The notes under the pieces were generated by a model. That model worked only from the letters and a program-made list of their open reading frames with translations. It was not told the origin of the DNA and ran no database searches. A stretch of 64,000 nt of DNA. Origin: Bacilli bacterium (GTDB taxonomy: Bacteria > Bacillota_I > Bacilli_A > RF39 > UBA660). The position numbers and the translations under genes are program-made. This document shows, piece by piece, positions 44,799 to 55,783 of the stretch. The DNA lies in NCBI GenBank assembly GCA_017441065.1, contig JAFSAI010000016.1:17599-81598 (forward strand), given 5' to 3'. The number at the start of each line of letters is the position of its first letter. Positions within the stretch are counted from its first letter, which is position 1.

Positions 44799-46318
44799 TA
44801 TCTATACAGATCCCTTGGATTATAGAATGTACCACCACTACGTGGATTTCCAATTGATACACCAAAGTGTAAGTGCGTTCCTGTTGATTGACCACTATTA
44901 CCCATATGTCCAATAACTTGTTTTTTAGAAACATATTGACCAACTCTTACTGGTATATCTCTCATCATATGGGCATAAATTGTAAATACATTATTACTAT
45001 GATCAATTACTACTTGATTTCCGTATCCTCCACCACAGCTATTTGGATAACTACCATTATTTGGACAACCAGAATAAGTATATACAACTGTTCCTTCATT
45101 GGCTGCATATATATTTGAACCCCATGGAGTACCAGAAATATCTATACCATTATGTTTCTTTCCTCCACCTAATTCACGATAACCAAATGCACTTGTAACC
45201 ACATAACGGTCAATTGTTGGCCATGTCCAACCAGTACCAGTATCTTCAAAGACTTCCCATCCCCAAGATACAACAACTTTTTTACCTTTAGTAGTAACTT
45301 GATTAACAGTTTTTCTTATTTCTTCATAAGCTATATTTTTAACATCACTAGACAATTTTCCATTTACAACAGTATAACCGGAAGTTACACGAGCAAGCCC
45401 TTTTACACCAGGAGTAGTTATTTCACTATAACTTGAAGGCTTAGTATTATCTCTTACTATTTCTTTGTCAAAATCATATTCTACTTCTTTCATTTCATTA
45501 ACTTCATAAGTAAAAGAAATTTCTGGAATTACATATGCAATCATTAACTTATCACCAATAGTAAGCAAACTATCTTTACTAGAATATCTAGAATTAGCAA
45601 TTAAAATTTCTTGAGGATTTAATTCAAAAGTTTCGGCAACTGATTCAATTGTATCTCCAACTTTAACAGTATAACTTTGCTCTTTATAATTAAATCCAAA
45701 TAACAAATCTTGTGCTAACTCATTACTAGTTTCATAAATTTTATCATTAGTACTTATATATTTTTCTCTTATAGAAATATCTTCAACAAATCCCATTTCT
45801 TTGTATATTATACCCACATCTTCAATATTTCCTTGTGTTCCATTAATATAATTTTCATAACTTTGTTCATCTATAAAAGCAAGTATAAAATCTTCAATTG
45901 CTTCTGTAAAAACTTCTCTATCAAGAACATAAATATTAAAAGCTTCATGATCCTTAGTTGCAGACATTTTAACTTCATAACCATGTATAGTAAAATCCTG
46001 TAATTCTTCTATTTTATTATATATAGTATTTAAATCAGTTGTTTTTGTATTATATGAGTAAGTTTCTATAACTTCTAAACTATTAGGAGGATAAACATTT
46101 TCAACATTATATTTATCTTTTATTGCTTGTTGTTTTTCATCAATTAGATTATATAATGCTTCTTTATCATCAATTGCTCCGATTATTTCACCATCTAAAT
46201 ATACTTTATATATTTTATTTATATTACTATCTACACACTTATAACTACCTGCTATAAAATATATACAAATAATTATCGCACAAAAAATCCCCGTTATTAT
46301 TTTATCCTTTGATTTCAT
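44798..46318 (-). CDS. LysM-containing M23 metallopeptidase
   Basis: TM anchor, LysM (YTVKVGDTIESVAETFELNPQEILIAN), and M23 motifs HNGIDISG..HLHFGV. Confidence 0.85.
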   Translation of the reverse strand: MKSKDKIITGIFCAIIICIYFIAGSYKCVDSNINKIYKVYLDGEIIGAIDDKEALYNLIDEKQQAIKDKYNVENVYPPNSLEVIETYSYNTKTTDLNTIYNKIEELQDFTIHGYEVKMSATKDHEAFNIYVLDREVFTEAIEDFILAFIDEQSYENYINGTQGNIEDVGIIYKEMGFVEDISIREKYISTNDKIYETSNELAQDLLFGFNYKEQSYTVKVGDTIESVAETFELNPQEILIANSRYSSKDSLLTIGDKLMIAYVIPEISFTYEVNEMKEVEYDFDKEIVRDNTKPSSYSEITTPGVKGLARVTSGYTVVNGKLSSDVKNIAYEEIRKTVNQVTTKGKKVVVSWGWEVFEDTGTGWTWPTIDRYVVTSAFGYRELGGGKKHNGIDISGTPWGSNIYAANEGTVVYTYSGCPNNGSYPNSCGGGYGNQVVIDHSNNVFTIYAHMMRDIPVRVGQYVSKKQVIGHMGNSGQSTGTHLHFGVSIGNPRSGGTFYNPRDLYR

Positions 46319-47661
46319 TAACTCTCATCCTTAATTTCATTAGCTACACTTCTAAATGCACTCATATTTAATTCAAATAATAAATCAATAGTTCCTAAAC
46401 TACCTTTACGATGCTTAGCAATAACTAATTCTGCTGGAACTATCTTTTCTTTTTGATCTTTTTTTGCCTCATAGTAATCTTTTCTATTAATGAAAAGTAC
46501 CATATCGGCATCTTGTTCGATAGAACCTGATTCTCTTAAGTCTGCAAGCATTGGCATATTACTTTCTCTTTTTTCAGCACTTCTTGATAATTGTGATAAA
46601 GCAATTACTGGAACTCCTAATTCTAAGGCCATAGTTTTTAGACTACGAGATATTTCAGATACTTCTACTTGTCTTGATTCTATTCTTTTATTTCCTGTAG
46701 TAACTAATTGTAAGTAGTCAATTACTACTAAACCTAAACCTTTAGGCATATTAGCAAGTCTTCTACATTTTGCTTTTATTTCAGCAACAGTTACTCCAGA
46801 ATTATCTTCTATAAATAAATTTGTCTCAGCAAGTTGATTCATAGCTTCATTATATCTTTTCCAATCTCTTTCTTGCATTTGACCAGTTTGTAGTTTGTAA
46901 GCATCAATACCACCTTGAGCACTAATAATTCTATTAACTAATTGTTCAGCAGGCATTTCTAAGTTAAATATTGCTACAGCTTTATCAGTTGTTGTCGCAG
47001 CATATGTAGCCATATTAAGAGCAAGTGCTGTTTTACCCATACCTGGACGAGCAGCTAAAATAATAAGTTCACCAGGTTGAAATCCAGTAGTTATTTTGTC
47101 GAAATCATAAAAACCTGTTTCAAGTCCAGTAATTAATTTTTTAGATTTAGTCAATTCTTCTAATTTAGCTTGTGCTCTTCTAAGAATCTCATGAATAGGT
47201 ACGAAATCTTTTACTGTTCTTACCTTTACAACATTTAAAATATTTCTTTCAGCATTATCTAAAACGGTAGTAACATCTTCTTCATCATAAGCTTCAGTAA
47301 CAATTTCTGTTGCTGCATTAATTAGATTTCTTCTAGTAGCATTTTCTTTTAATATTTCAATATAATAACTTAAATTTGCAGTAGTTATTACTGAATCAAT
47401 AACTTCACTAATATATTCAATTCCTCCAACTGCACTAAGTCTTTTCTTTTTATCTAATTCTTCTTTAACCATTCCAGCATCTACTGGAACCCCATTCTTA
47501 TGAAGTTCATTTACAGCTTCAAACAAAAATTTATTTCTTTCGTCAAAAAACATATCTGCTCTTACTTCTTCACAGATACTATCTATTAAACTATTATCAA
47601 TAAATGTTACCCCAAGAACACTCATTTCTGCTTCTTTGTTAGATGGCATAACACGAGCCAT
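46318..47661 (-). CDS. dnaB: Replicative DNA helicase
   Basis: PSNKEAEMSVLG.., Walker A ARPGMGKTA, IDYLQL, SQLSR. Confidence 0.96.
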   Translation of the reverse strand: MARVMPSNKEAEMSVLGVTFIDNSLIDSICEEVRADMFFDERNKFLFEAVNELHKNGVPVDAGMVKEELDKKKRLSAVGGIEYISEVIDSVITTANLSYYIEILKENATRRNLINAATEIVTEAYDEEDVTTVLDNAERNILNVVKVRTVKDFVPIHEILRRAQAKLEELTKSKKLITGLETGFYDFDKITTGFQPGELIILAARPGMGKTALALNMATYAATTTDKAVAIFNLEMPAEQLVNRIISAQGGIDAYKLQTGQMQERDWKRYNEAMNQLAETNLFIEDNSGVTVAEIKAKCRRLANMPKGLGLVVIDYLQLVTTGNKRIESRQVEVSEISRSLKTMALELGVPVIALSQLSRSAEKRESNMPMLADLRESGSIEQDADMVLFINRKDYYEAKKDQKEKIVPAELVIAKHRKGSLGTIDLLFELNMSAFRSVANEIKDES

Positions 47662-47669
47662 ATCATCAC

Positions 47670-48110
47670 CTACTTACTTACTACAATATTTATAAAAAAA
47701 CTTACTTTCTTATGTAATTCAACTAATACTTTATGAACACCCAAAGTATCTATATTACTATTAGTTTTAATACATTTTTTATCTATGTTATATCCTTTTT
47801 TCTTTAATTCATCACATATTTGTTTTGTTGAAATATTTCCAAATACACGATCTTGTGCTCCAGTATTAACTTTAAACTTAATATCTTTATTTTCTAATTT
47901 CTTTTTTATTTCATTTAACTCTTCTACTAAAGCATCTTCTTTTTCTTGTCTCACATTTAATTCTTTATCTAAAACATTCTTGCTTCCTTTAGTATAAAGA
48001 ACACCTAATTTATTCTTAATAAGAAAATTATTTCCATAACCATCACTTACTTCAATAATCTCATCTTTTTTACCTTTTCCTTTAACATCTTTAAGTAAAA
48101 TTATCTTCAT
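47670..48110 (-). CDS. rplI: 50S ribosomal protein L9
   Basis: MKIILLKDVKGKGKKDEIIEVSDGYGNNFLI.. Confidence 0.93.
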   Translation of the reverse strand: MKIILLKDVKGKGKKDEIIEVSDGYGNNFLIKNKLGVLYTKGSKNVLDKELNVRQEKEDALVEELNEIKKKLENKDIKFKVNTGAQDRVFGNISTKQICDELKKKGYNIDKKCIKTNSNIDTLGVHKVLVELHKKVSFFINIVVSK

Positions 48111-48172
48111 AAATTCCCTCCTAAAACGTTTACAATATTATAACATATAATTTACTCAAATAGAATATTTCC

Positions 48173-48370
48173 TTATTCTATCTTCCATGCCCTTTTTTTA
48201 CCAGTATCAATCAATTTAATTTTACCACTATCTTTTAATATTTTAAAATATCTTCTTATAGTTCTTTCTGTATATCCATATTTATTTGCTAAAGTCAATT
48301 CGGTAACTTTAGAATCGGCTTTTATTTCTATTAAAATTATTTCTAGCATCTCCTTATTTATCTTTTTCAT
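48173..48370 (-). CDS. Small winged-helix DNA-binding protein
   Basis: 65 aa. LANKYGYTERTIRRYFKILKDSGKI is an HTH_11/DeoR-like motif. It sits where gdpP-type genes often lie between rpsR and rplI. Confidence 0.5.
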   Translation of the reverse strand: MKKINKEMLEIILIEIKADSKVTELTLANKYGYTERTIRRYFKILKDSGKIKLIDTGKKRAWKIE

Positions 48371-48456
48371 AAACTACTCCCTACACTATATATATAGTGC
48401 ACTAAGTAGTCAATTTCCTTTTTTTAAAGAAAAAAATTCACAAAAATTGTGAATTT

Positions 48457-48672
48457 CTATTTAACATATGGTATTAAAGCCATAAATCTTGCATATTTAA
48501 TTTGTTCTGCAATATGTCTTTGATGTTTAGCACAAGCACCAGTAACACGTCTAGGTAATATTTTACCTTTTTCATTTATATATTTATTGATAATCATAAC
48601 ATCTTTATAATCAACACTTTTACCAGCGCACATTTGACATATTTTCTTTTTCTTACGATAAAATTCTGCCAT
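48457..48672 (-). CDS. rpsR: 30S ribosomal protein S18
   Basis: Start at the ATG after AAGGAGG ([15 protein letters not shown]..); ..[32 protein letters not shown]. Confidence 0.93.
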   Translation of the reverse strand: MAEFYRKKKKICQMCAGKSVDYKDVMIINKYINEKGKILPRRVTGACAKHQRHIAEQIKYARFMALIPYVK

Positions 48673-48688
48673 TTTATATCCTCCTTTT

Positions 48689-49156
48689 TTAGAATGGTAA
48701 ATCGTCACTACTTAAAGTAATTTCTTCGCCAAAACTCTTAAAAGGGTCTTCTGTTAAGTCAGCTGTTTCCATAGGCATATTTGCAAGTTCATTTGCATCA
48801 GGAACAAAATCATTTCTTGAAGAAGTTGATTCCCCACCAGTTCTTGAACTTAAGAAGTTAACTGTATCACATACAACTTCTGTTGTATATCTTTTAGTTC
48901 CATCTTGAGCATCATAACTACTAGTTCTAATTCTTCCTTCTGCAGAAACTAAAGTACCTTTACGGCAATATTTAGATATATTATCTGCTTGTCTTCCCCA
49001 AGCGCTACAATTGATAAAATCTGCTCCTCTTTCTCCATTTTTGTTAGTAAAATTTTGAGAAACAGCAATTGTAAATCTTGTAACTGCCATACCACTTGGT
49101 GTTGTTCTTAACTCAGGATCCCTTGTTAGTCTTCCTACTAATAATACTTTATTCAT
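48689..49156 (-). CDS. ssb: Single-stranded DNA-binding protein
   Basis: [17 protein letters not shown].. OB fold and acidic tail ..SSDDLPF. Confidence 0.95.
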   Translation of the reverse strand: MNKVLLVGRLTRDPELRTTPSGMAVTRFTIAVSQNFTNKNGERGADFINCSAWGRQADNISKYCRKGTLVSAEGRIRTSSYDAQDGTKRYTTEVVCDTVNFLSSRTGGESTSSRNDFVPDANELANMPMETADLTEDPFKSFGEEITLSSDDLPF

Positions 49157-49159
49157 GTA

Positions 49160-49450
49160 CTACTCACTTTCTTTTTTTAAAATTAAATGTCTTAACATAT
49201 TTTCGTTAATTCTAAGTTTTCTGTCGAATTCTTGAATAGCTTCAGTTGTAGCTTCAACATTCATTAAATAATAGAAACCACTAACTTCTTTTTTAATTGG
49301 ATAAGCTAATTTTTTTCTACCCATATCTTTGAATTCGATAACTTTAGATTTATTGTCAGTTATTAACTTTTGTACTTCTTTAGTAATATTATTTAAAGCA
49401 GTTTCATCTAATGTTGCCTTAACAATAAACATAATTTCATATTTAGTCAT
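49160..49450 (-). CDS. rpsF: 30S ribosomal protein S6
   Basis: MTKYEIMFIVKATLDE.., GRKKLAYPI. Confidence 0.93.
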   Translation of the reverse strand: MTKYEIMFIVKATLDETALNNITKEVQKLITDNKSKVIEFKDMGRKKLAYPIKKEVSGFYYLMNVEATTEAIQEFDRKLRINENMLRHLILKKESE

Positions 49451-49606
49451 CTTTTTCCACCTCCTTATGGTCTTTTGGCTTCATAAATGAAGCAAGGAGT
49501 AATAAATTTACTCGTGTTATAGTATATCAAAAATAGTTTTAAATGTAAACAATTTAATGATGAATATGTCTTATTTATTTGATATAATGAACTATATTAG
49601 GAGTGT

Positions 49607-50968
49607 ATGAATTTTATGAAAAAAATATTATTTTTATTAACAATTATATTAATACCAATAAATGTATTTGCAAAAGATATTACAAGTTCAAGTACAATAA
49701 CGATAAACAATGAAAAATATACTAAAATAACTGATAATAAAGAAAATACTTATATTAATGTTGAAAAAGATAAAGTTATCAACATAAAAAGTAATGAAGA
49801 TATCGCTGGTATATATATTATTTATGAACTTAATAGCCAAACAGGAATTATTAAAGCAAATAATAAATTCATAGAAATAGGAACTAAAGGTTTTTTACAC
49901 GAATATATTGATTTAAAAGATATTGGATTAACTAAAGAATTAGAAATAACTTATAATAATAACGTTAAAATTGGTGAAATTTATATTTTAAGTGCCGGAG
50001 AACTTCCTAGTTATGTAGAAGTTTGGGAAGAATCTTGTAAAGAAGCAGATTTGTTATTATTTACTACTCATAGTGATGATGAACAATTATTCTTTTTAGG
50101 ATTACTTCCAACTTACGTTGCTAAAGGAGCGAGTGTACAAGTTGTATATTTTACTAATCATAATGATAATCCAAAAAGATTACATGAACAATTACATGGA
50201 CTATATACAGTTGGAATTAGAAATTACCCAGTAATGGGTTTAATACCAGATGCATATTCAGAAACTTTAAATGGTGCGATAAAGAATATTGAAAAAGCAG
50301 GACTAACTGTAGAAGACGCTACTAATTTTGAAGTTGAAATGATAAGAAGATTTAAACCGCTTGTAGTAGTTGGACATGATGAATTAGGTGAATATTCTCA
50401 TGGTCAACATATATTAAATACACATGTACTTAAAATTGCATTAGAAAAAGCAAATGATAAAACATACCATGCTGAATCATATGATAAATATGGAATATGG
50501 GATGTGCCAAAAACTTATTTACATTTATATAAAGAAAATAAAATTATTATGAATTATGATGAACCATTAGAATACTTTAATAGTAAAACAGCCTATGAGG
50601 TATCAAAAGAAGGATATAGTAAACATTTATCACAACAATGGACATGGTTTACTAAATGGATAAATGGAAGTAATAATAGCTATACAAAAGCTACTGATAT
50701 AAAAACATATTCTCCATTAGAATATGGATTATACAGAACAACAGTTGGAGAAGATATTAATAAAAATGATATGTTTGAAAATTTAATATTTAGAAAAGAT
50801 GAAGTACAAGAAGAAGTTGTTGAAAATGATAAAGTTATCAACATTACAGATGAAGGAAATCAAGAATACTATAGTAGATATAAAAATTATATTATAATTG
50901 GAACAATATTTATTTTAACTGTGACAATTACATTAGTATCAAAGAAAAAAAATAAAGTTAGAAAATAA
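49607..50968 (+). CDS. PIG-L/LmbE-family deacetylase with signal peptide and C-terminal TM anchor
   Basis: LLLFTTHSDDEQLF (HxDD), HDELGEYSHGQH, and a C-terminal hydrophobic anchor plus KKKNKVRK. Confidence 0.7.
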   Translation: MNFMKKILFLLTIILIPINVFAKDITSSSTITINNEKYTKITDNKENTYINVEKDKVINIKSNEDIAGIYIIYELNSQTGIIKANNKFIEIGTKGFLHEYIDLKDIGLTKELEITYNNNVKIGEIYILSAGELPSYVEVWEESCKEADLLLFTTHSDDEQLFFLGLLPTYVAKGASVQVVYFTNHNDNPKRLHEQLHGLYTVGIRNYPVMGLIPDAYSETLNGAIKNIEKAGLTVEDATNFEVEMIRRFKPLVVVGHDELGEYSHGQHILNTHVLKIALEKANDKTYHAESYDKYGIWDVPKTYLHLYKENKIIMNYDEPLEYFNSKTAYEVSKEGYSKHLSQQWTWFTKWINGSNNSYTKATDIKTYSPLEYGLYRTTVGEDINKNDMFENLIFRKDEVQEEVVENDKVINITDEGNQEYYSRYKNYIIIGTIFILTVTITLVSKKKNKVRK

Positions 50969-50970
50969 CT

Positions 50971-52041
50971 TTATTTTTTTTGGAAATTTACATTACATCT
51001 TCTCTCAATATATTGAAGATAATCTTCAACTTCAATTGCACCATATTTAAATAACTTATCCATCATATAATCAAAATTTTCTATTCCAATAGCAGGAATT
51101 AAAGATTCTAATGCTTTAGCATTTAAATTTTCTTTAGTTACAAAGAATCCAACTAATTGATCAATATCTTCTATATTAGTTTGATTAGAATAAGCTTTAT
51201 TCTTAATCTTTAAAAATTCTTTTTCATCAAAAATTTGCCACTTTTGTAAATCATCTAATAATAATTCAAAATCACCAGTAGTCATTATATTTTTAAGTTC
51301 AACTACCATATCAATGCTTAATTTACCAATAATTCCTAAATAAATTATTTCTCTATAATAAGTCTTAGTTGGTTTTCTATCAAATAAAGCATCTTTAGGC
51401 TTTTCATCAATAGTTGTAAACAAAGTATATTCTGTTTCATTTGCTTTAGTAATTGGATTATCAATTGCAGGATTAATTTCTTTTGTATATGATGAAATGA
51501 TATAATCATTTATTCTATTACGTTGAGATTTTTTTCTATCCATTTCAGAATACACAAAATCTGTAACTTCACCTTTAGTTGATTCCTTTAAAGATTTATA
51601 AGGACCAACTTTAAGTTTTCTACATATTGCTATAAAAGATGTTAATTCTTCTTTTACAATAAAATAACCCTTATATTCAGTTAATTCAAAAGCTGTTCTT
51701 CCATCTGCATTATTAAGTATTCCTAATAAAGTTAAATAATCTTCAGTTAATTCATTTTCTTCACTACCACGATTTTGACATACTACCTTTAATGCCGAAT
51801 TAAATCGATTTAAAACATCAAAATCTTTAGCATTTTTAAGTAAATAAAATGTTCTTTCTGCATCTAGAAGTTCTTCAAACTCTTTTGCATATTCTACAGC
51901 TATTTCATACCATAATTTACTTACAAAATAGTTATTATAATTTTCATTTAATTCTATTACACTTATTTCTGTTTTTCTTTGTTCACTTAGCGCAATAATT
52001 TCTTTGATTCTTTCAATTATATCTCCATAAGTTTGCATCAC
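50971..52041 (-). CDS. Hypothetical protein (356 aa)
   Basis: Intact ORF immediately downstream of ychF; no recognisable motif. Confidence 0.55.
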   Translation of the reverse strand: MMQTYGDIIERIKEIIALSEQRKTEISVIELNENYNNYFVSKLWYEIAVEYAKEFEELLDAERTFYLLKNAKDFDVLNRFNSALKVVCQNRGSEENELTEDYLTLLGILNNADGRTAFELTEYKGYFIVKEELTSFIAICRKLKVGPYKSLKESTKGEVTDFVYSEMDRKKSQRNRINDYIISSYTKEINPAIDNPITKANETEYTLFTTIDEKPKDALFDRKPTKTYYREIIYLGIIGKLSIDMVVELKNIMTTGDFELLLDDLQKWQIFDEKEFLKIKNKAYSNQTNIEDIDQLVGFFVTKENLNAKALESLIPAIGIENFDYMMDKLFKYGAIEVEDYLQYIERRCNVNFQKK

Positions 52042-52053
52042 AATACCCCAATT

Positions 52054-53154
52054 CTAAACATTAAATCTAAAGTAACAAATGTCACCATCTTGCATTATAT
52101 ATTCTTTTCCTTCAAGTCTTAATTTACCATTTTCACGAACCTTTATTTCACTACCAGCTTCCCTTAAATCATTAAAACTCATTACTTCTGCTTTAATAAA
52201 TCCTTTTTCAAAATCACTATGGATAATTCCTGCACACTGAGGTGCTTTCATGCCTCTTCTAAAAGTCCATGCTCTACATTCATCAGTACCTGATGTAAAG
52301 AATGTTGCAAGTCCTAATAAATCATACGTTGCAAATATTAATTTATCTAAACCACTATTAGATATACCAACATCTTGTAGGAATATTTTCTTTTCTTCTT
52401 CATCTAAATCTGCAAGTTCACTTTCCATCTTAGCGCACATTACTATTACTGAAGAACCTTCTTTCTCAGCATATTCTTTTAGTTTAAGTGAATAATCATT
52501 ATCTCCTAAAGATGCTGAAATTTCATCTACGTTTGCAACATATATAACTTTCTTTAAAGTAATAAAGTTAAAATTTTTAACTACTAATAATTCATCTTCA
52601 TTAAATTCAACTGATCTTAAAGGAATACTTTTTTCTAAATTATCTTTAACTTTTCTTAAAGCTCCAACTTCTAAAAGCGCTTCTTTATCTTTTGTAGTTT
52701 CTGCTTTTTTTTCTATTTTACCAAGTCTATTTAGAGCAATTTCTAAATCTGCTAAGATAAGCTCGGTATTAATTATTTCAATATCTCTTATTGGATCAGT
52801 TTTTCCTTCAACATGAGTAATATTTTCATCATCGAAGCATCTAACTACTTCAACAATTGCATCTACTTCTCTTATGTGAGCTAAAAACTTATTACCTAAA
52901 CCTTCACCATTACTTGCGCCACTTACTAAGCCTGCTATATCAATAAATTCAAATGTTGTTGGTACAATACTTTTAGGATTATATAAATCCACCAAATAAT
53001 CTAATCGTGTATCTGGAACTGTTACAACTCCAACATTTGGTTCTATAGTAGCAAATGGATAATTCGCTGCTAAAATATGTTTTTTTGTAATTGCATTAAA
53101 TAATGTCGATTTTCCAACATTAGGCAATCCAACTATTCCTGCTTTTAAACTCAC
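52054..53154 (-). CDS. ychF: Redox-regulated ATPase YchF
   Basis: GIVGLPNVGKSTLFNA, DIAGLV, and the C-terminal TGS-like ..GKEYIMQDGDICYFRFNV. Confidence 0.96.
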   Translation of the reverse strand: MSLKAGIVGLPNVGKSTLFNAITKKHILAANYPFATIEPNVGVVTVPDTRLDYLVDLYNPKSIVPTTFEFIDIAGLVSGASNGEGLGNKFLAHIREVDAIVEVVRCFDDENITHVEGKTDPIRDIEIINTELILADLEIALNRLGKIEKKAETTKDKEALLEVGALRKVKDNLEKSIPLRSVEFNEDELLVVKNFNFITLKKVIYVANVDEISASLGDNDYSLKLKEYAEKEGSSVIVMCAKMESELADLDEEEKKIFLQDVGISNSGLDKLIFATYDLLGLATFFTSGTDECRAWTFRRGMKAPQCAGIIHSDFEKGFIKAEVMSFNDLREAGSEIKVRENGKLRLEGKEYIMQDGDICYFRFNV

Positions 53155-53166
53155 TTTTAAAACCTC

Positions 53167-54708
53167 CTATATTGTTGGGAAACTACTTACTCCCAAAGGT
53201 AAACCTATTATATACCAAACTGCTAATAATACAAGCATTGTTAAACCAATTATTATTGAATATGGTAATTGATATTTAATAGATTCAAATAAATTAACTT
53301 TTTTATCACTTTGATTATATTTTTCTAAAAATGCTATATAAACAATAAAATATGCTAATAAAGGTGTAATATTCATTGTAGATGTTTCTGCAAATCTAAA
53401 TACTATTTGGGCAAATGCAGGTGTCATTTCTGCTTCCATCATAATTGGTATAACTGTTGATGATAACATATACCACTTTAATTGTGATGATGGTACAAAC
53501 AATGTACATACTGCAACACCGATAAATACTATTATTATTAATGGTAAGCCATTAAATCCTGAATTTGCAATAATATCACCAATAAATGCGACTACTACAT
53601 TACCAATATTTGTTTGTTTAAATATACTAATAAATGCTGATGCCAAGAAAATCATAACTAACATATTTCCTATACCATCAAGTGAATGACCTAAATCATC
53701 ACAGAAATCTTTATGATTTTTTATTGACTTATATCCTATTCCATAAAATAATCCTAAAATAATAAATAACATTGTAACAATAAATACAAAACCATTACTA
53801 AAGAATGAATTAACACTAAATAATTTATCAATGTAAGCTACTTGGCTATTATCAAGTAAAGCTCCACTTAAAGGAAGTCCAGGAATAATATTATAAATAA
53901 ATATTACTAAATAAATAAGAGCGCTTCCACAAGCATAAAGCATACCTCTTTTTTCTCCTTTAGTAACAATATCTTCTTCTAATTCTGTTTCACTAAATTC
54001 ATATTTAGGTAATTTTTTAACTATAATATTTTCAGTAACAATTGTTATTATATATGATACTAGTAAAACTGCTACTAACATAATAAATACAAATGCTAAT
54101 GAATTTATAGTATAACTTGAATTAACTGTTTGTGCTGCTAATTTTGTATAAGCAAGTAATCCTGAATCACTACTAGTAAATATTACATTAATTGAGCTTC
54201 CACAAGATAATGCTGCAAATGATGCAATAATACCTATAGCAGGATTTCTTTTACCATAATAAAATAATAAAGCTCCAAGGGGTATAAATATTAAATAAGA
54301 CAAATTTCCAAACACACTAGATAAAACACAAATAAGTACAAATATAAATGTTAATGTTTTCTTTTGTAATTTCTTTGTAGTTAATGTTATAGCAGTTTGT
54401 AAAAATCCACTCTTATCCATTATACTAATACCCATAAGAATAATAATTAAATTAGATAAAACAGTAAAATTTGCAAAATTAGATACTGTACTAGTAAATA
54501 TATATTTAATACCACTAATACTAAATAAAGAATTAACAATTTCTGTTTCTGGCAATAAATCTAATGTAACAGTATTAATTTTATAAAATGTTGCCTGTGT
54601 ATCTAAAATTTGTAAAAATCCACTTAATACTATTGAACAAACAATTAATAAAACATAAGTCATCAGTGGATGTAATCCTTGTTTCTCAGTTTTCCTTAAT
54701 CTCTTCAT
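53167..54708 (-). CDS. AbgT-family (p-aminobenzoyl-glutamate-type) transporter
   Basis: 513 aa with about 12 TM helices. The N-terminal LRKTEKQGLHPLMTYVLLIV pattern is typical of AbgT/MtrF. Confidence 0.65.
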   Translation of the reverse strand: MKRLRKTEKQGLHPLMTYVLLIVCSIVLSGFLQILDTQATFYKINTVTLDLLPETEIVNSLFSISGIKYIFTSTVSNFANFTVLSNLIIILMGISIMDKSGFLQTAITLTTKKLQKKTLTFIFVLICVLSSVFGNLSYLIFIPLGALLFYYGKRNPAIGIIASFAALSCGSSINVIFTSSDSGLLAYTKLAAQTVNSSYTINSLAFVFIMLVAVLLVSYIITIVTENIIVKKLPKYEFSETELEEDIVTKGEKRGMLYACGSALIYLVIFIYNIIPGLPLSGALLDNSQVAYIDKLFSVNSFFSNGFVFIVTMLFIILGLFYGIGYKSIKNHKDFCDDLGHSLDGIGNMLVMIFLASAFISIFKQTNIGNVVVAFIGDIIANSGFNGLPLIIIVFIGVAVCTLFVPSSQLKWYMLSSTVIPIMMEAEMTPAFAQIVFRFAETSTMNITPLLAYFIVYIAFLEKYNQSDKKVNLFESIKYQLPYSIIIGLTMLVLLAVWYIIGLPLGVSSFPTI

Positions 54709-54889
54709 TTTTGTTCACCTTCTTAAGTTTTTTTTGAAATTCTAATCTATCCATCATTATTTCCCTACCACAATTATCACATTTAATTTTGATATCTACA
54801 CCCATTCTTGTGATAGTCCATAAATTAGTTCCACAAGCATGTTGTTTTTTCATAATGACTTGATCATTTAATGCAAATGATTTATCCAT
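54686..54889 (-). CDS. DUF951-family small protein (YyzM-like)
   Basis: VIMKKQHACGTNLWTITRMGVDIKIKCDNCGREIMM; conserved neighbour of parB in Bacillota. Confidence 0.7.
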   Translation of the reverse strand: MDKSFALNDQVIMKKQHACGTNLWTITRMGVDIKIKCDNCGREIMMDRLEFQKKLKKVNKNEEIKEN

Positions 54890-54892
54890 AGA

Positions 54893-55783
54893 TTATTCAT
54901 CTCCTATAGAAATATTAAATATTTCCATAATTCTTTCTAAATCTTTTACTGAGTCAAATGTAATTTCTATTTTATTTTTATTTATTTTTACTTTGTTTCC
55001 AATTTTATCACTTATTATACTTTCATATATATGAAATTTTGGCTCTTTAGATTGAACAATTATAGGCTTTCTTTTAACAACATTACCATTACTTACTAAT
55101 TCTTCTAAATCCCTTACATTCATATTTTCTCTAACAATTTTCTCTGCAAGTTCGTCTATTTGATTAGCATCCTCTAATTTGCTTAATACTCTTGCATGAG
55201 ATGTTGATAACTCTTTATTTATCAACATTATTTGAATATTATCTGGTAATTTTAACAAACCTATTAAATTTGTTATATAACTTCTACTTTTTCCAAATTT
55301 AGTAGCAAATTCTTCTTGAGTCCATCCTCTTAATTTAATTATATTAAGTACACTTTTAGCTTCATCTATTGGATTTAAATCTTCTCTTTGAATATTTTCA
55401 ATTAAAGCAATTTCCATCATTTCTTGGTCAGTAAATTCTTTAATTATAGCTGGTACTTCAGTAAGTCCTGCTAAGCGTGATGCTTTGCAACGACGTTCAC
55501 CAGCAATAAGCTCATAACCTTTTATACTCTTTTTAACAATAACAGGTTGAACAACGCCATATTCCTTAATAGATACTGCTAATTCTTTTAAACTTTCTTC
55601 ATTGAAAGTTTTTCTTGGCTGATACGGATTACTTCTAATATCATCAAGTTTAATCATCGTAACATCATTCTTATTTTCAGTTACGATTTCTTTTTCAAAA
55701 TTATCAAAGTCAATTACATTATTAGTAAATAACTGTTCTAATCCTTTTCCTAAAGCCTTTTTCTTAGTTTCCATTTCTACCAA
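54893..55783 (-). CDS. parB: Chromosome partitioning protein ParB/Spo0J
   Basis: KALGKGLEQLF, PYQPRK, GERRCKASRLAGL. The exact start is ambiguous (TTG at 55783 or ATG at 55774). Confidence 0.93.
   Translation of the reverse strand: MVEMETKKKALGKGLEQLFTNNVIDFDNFEKEIVTENKNDVTMIKLDDIRSNPYQPRKTFNEESLKELAVSIKEYGVVQPVIVKKSIKGYELIAGERRCKASRLAGLTEVPAIIKEFTDQEMMEIALIENIQREDLNPIDEAKSVLNIIKLRGWTQEEFATKFGKSRSYITNLIGLLKLPDNIQIMLINKELSTSHARVLSKLEDANQIDELAEKIVRENMNVRDLEELVSNGNVVKRKPIIVQSKEPKFHIYESIISDKIGNKVKINKNKIEITFDSVKDLERIMEIFNISIGDE

Noticed and set aside
49451-49530. rpsF 5' leader hairpin (GCTTCA-taaa-TGAAGC) as an S6:S18 autoregulatory element
   Set aside because: It is plausible from position, between the promoter region and the GGAGG RBS. 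I cannot verify the motif consensus from memory, so it is not reported as a feature.
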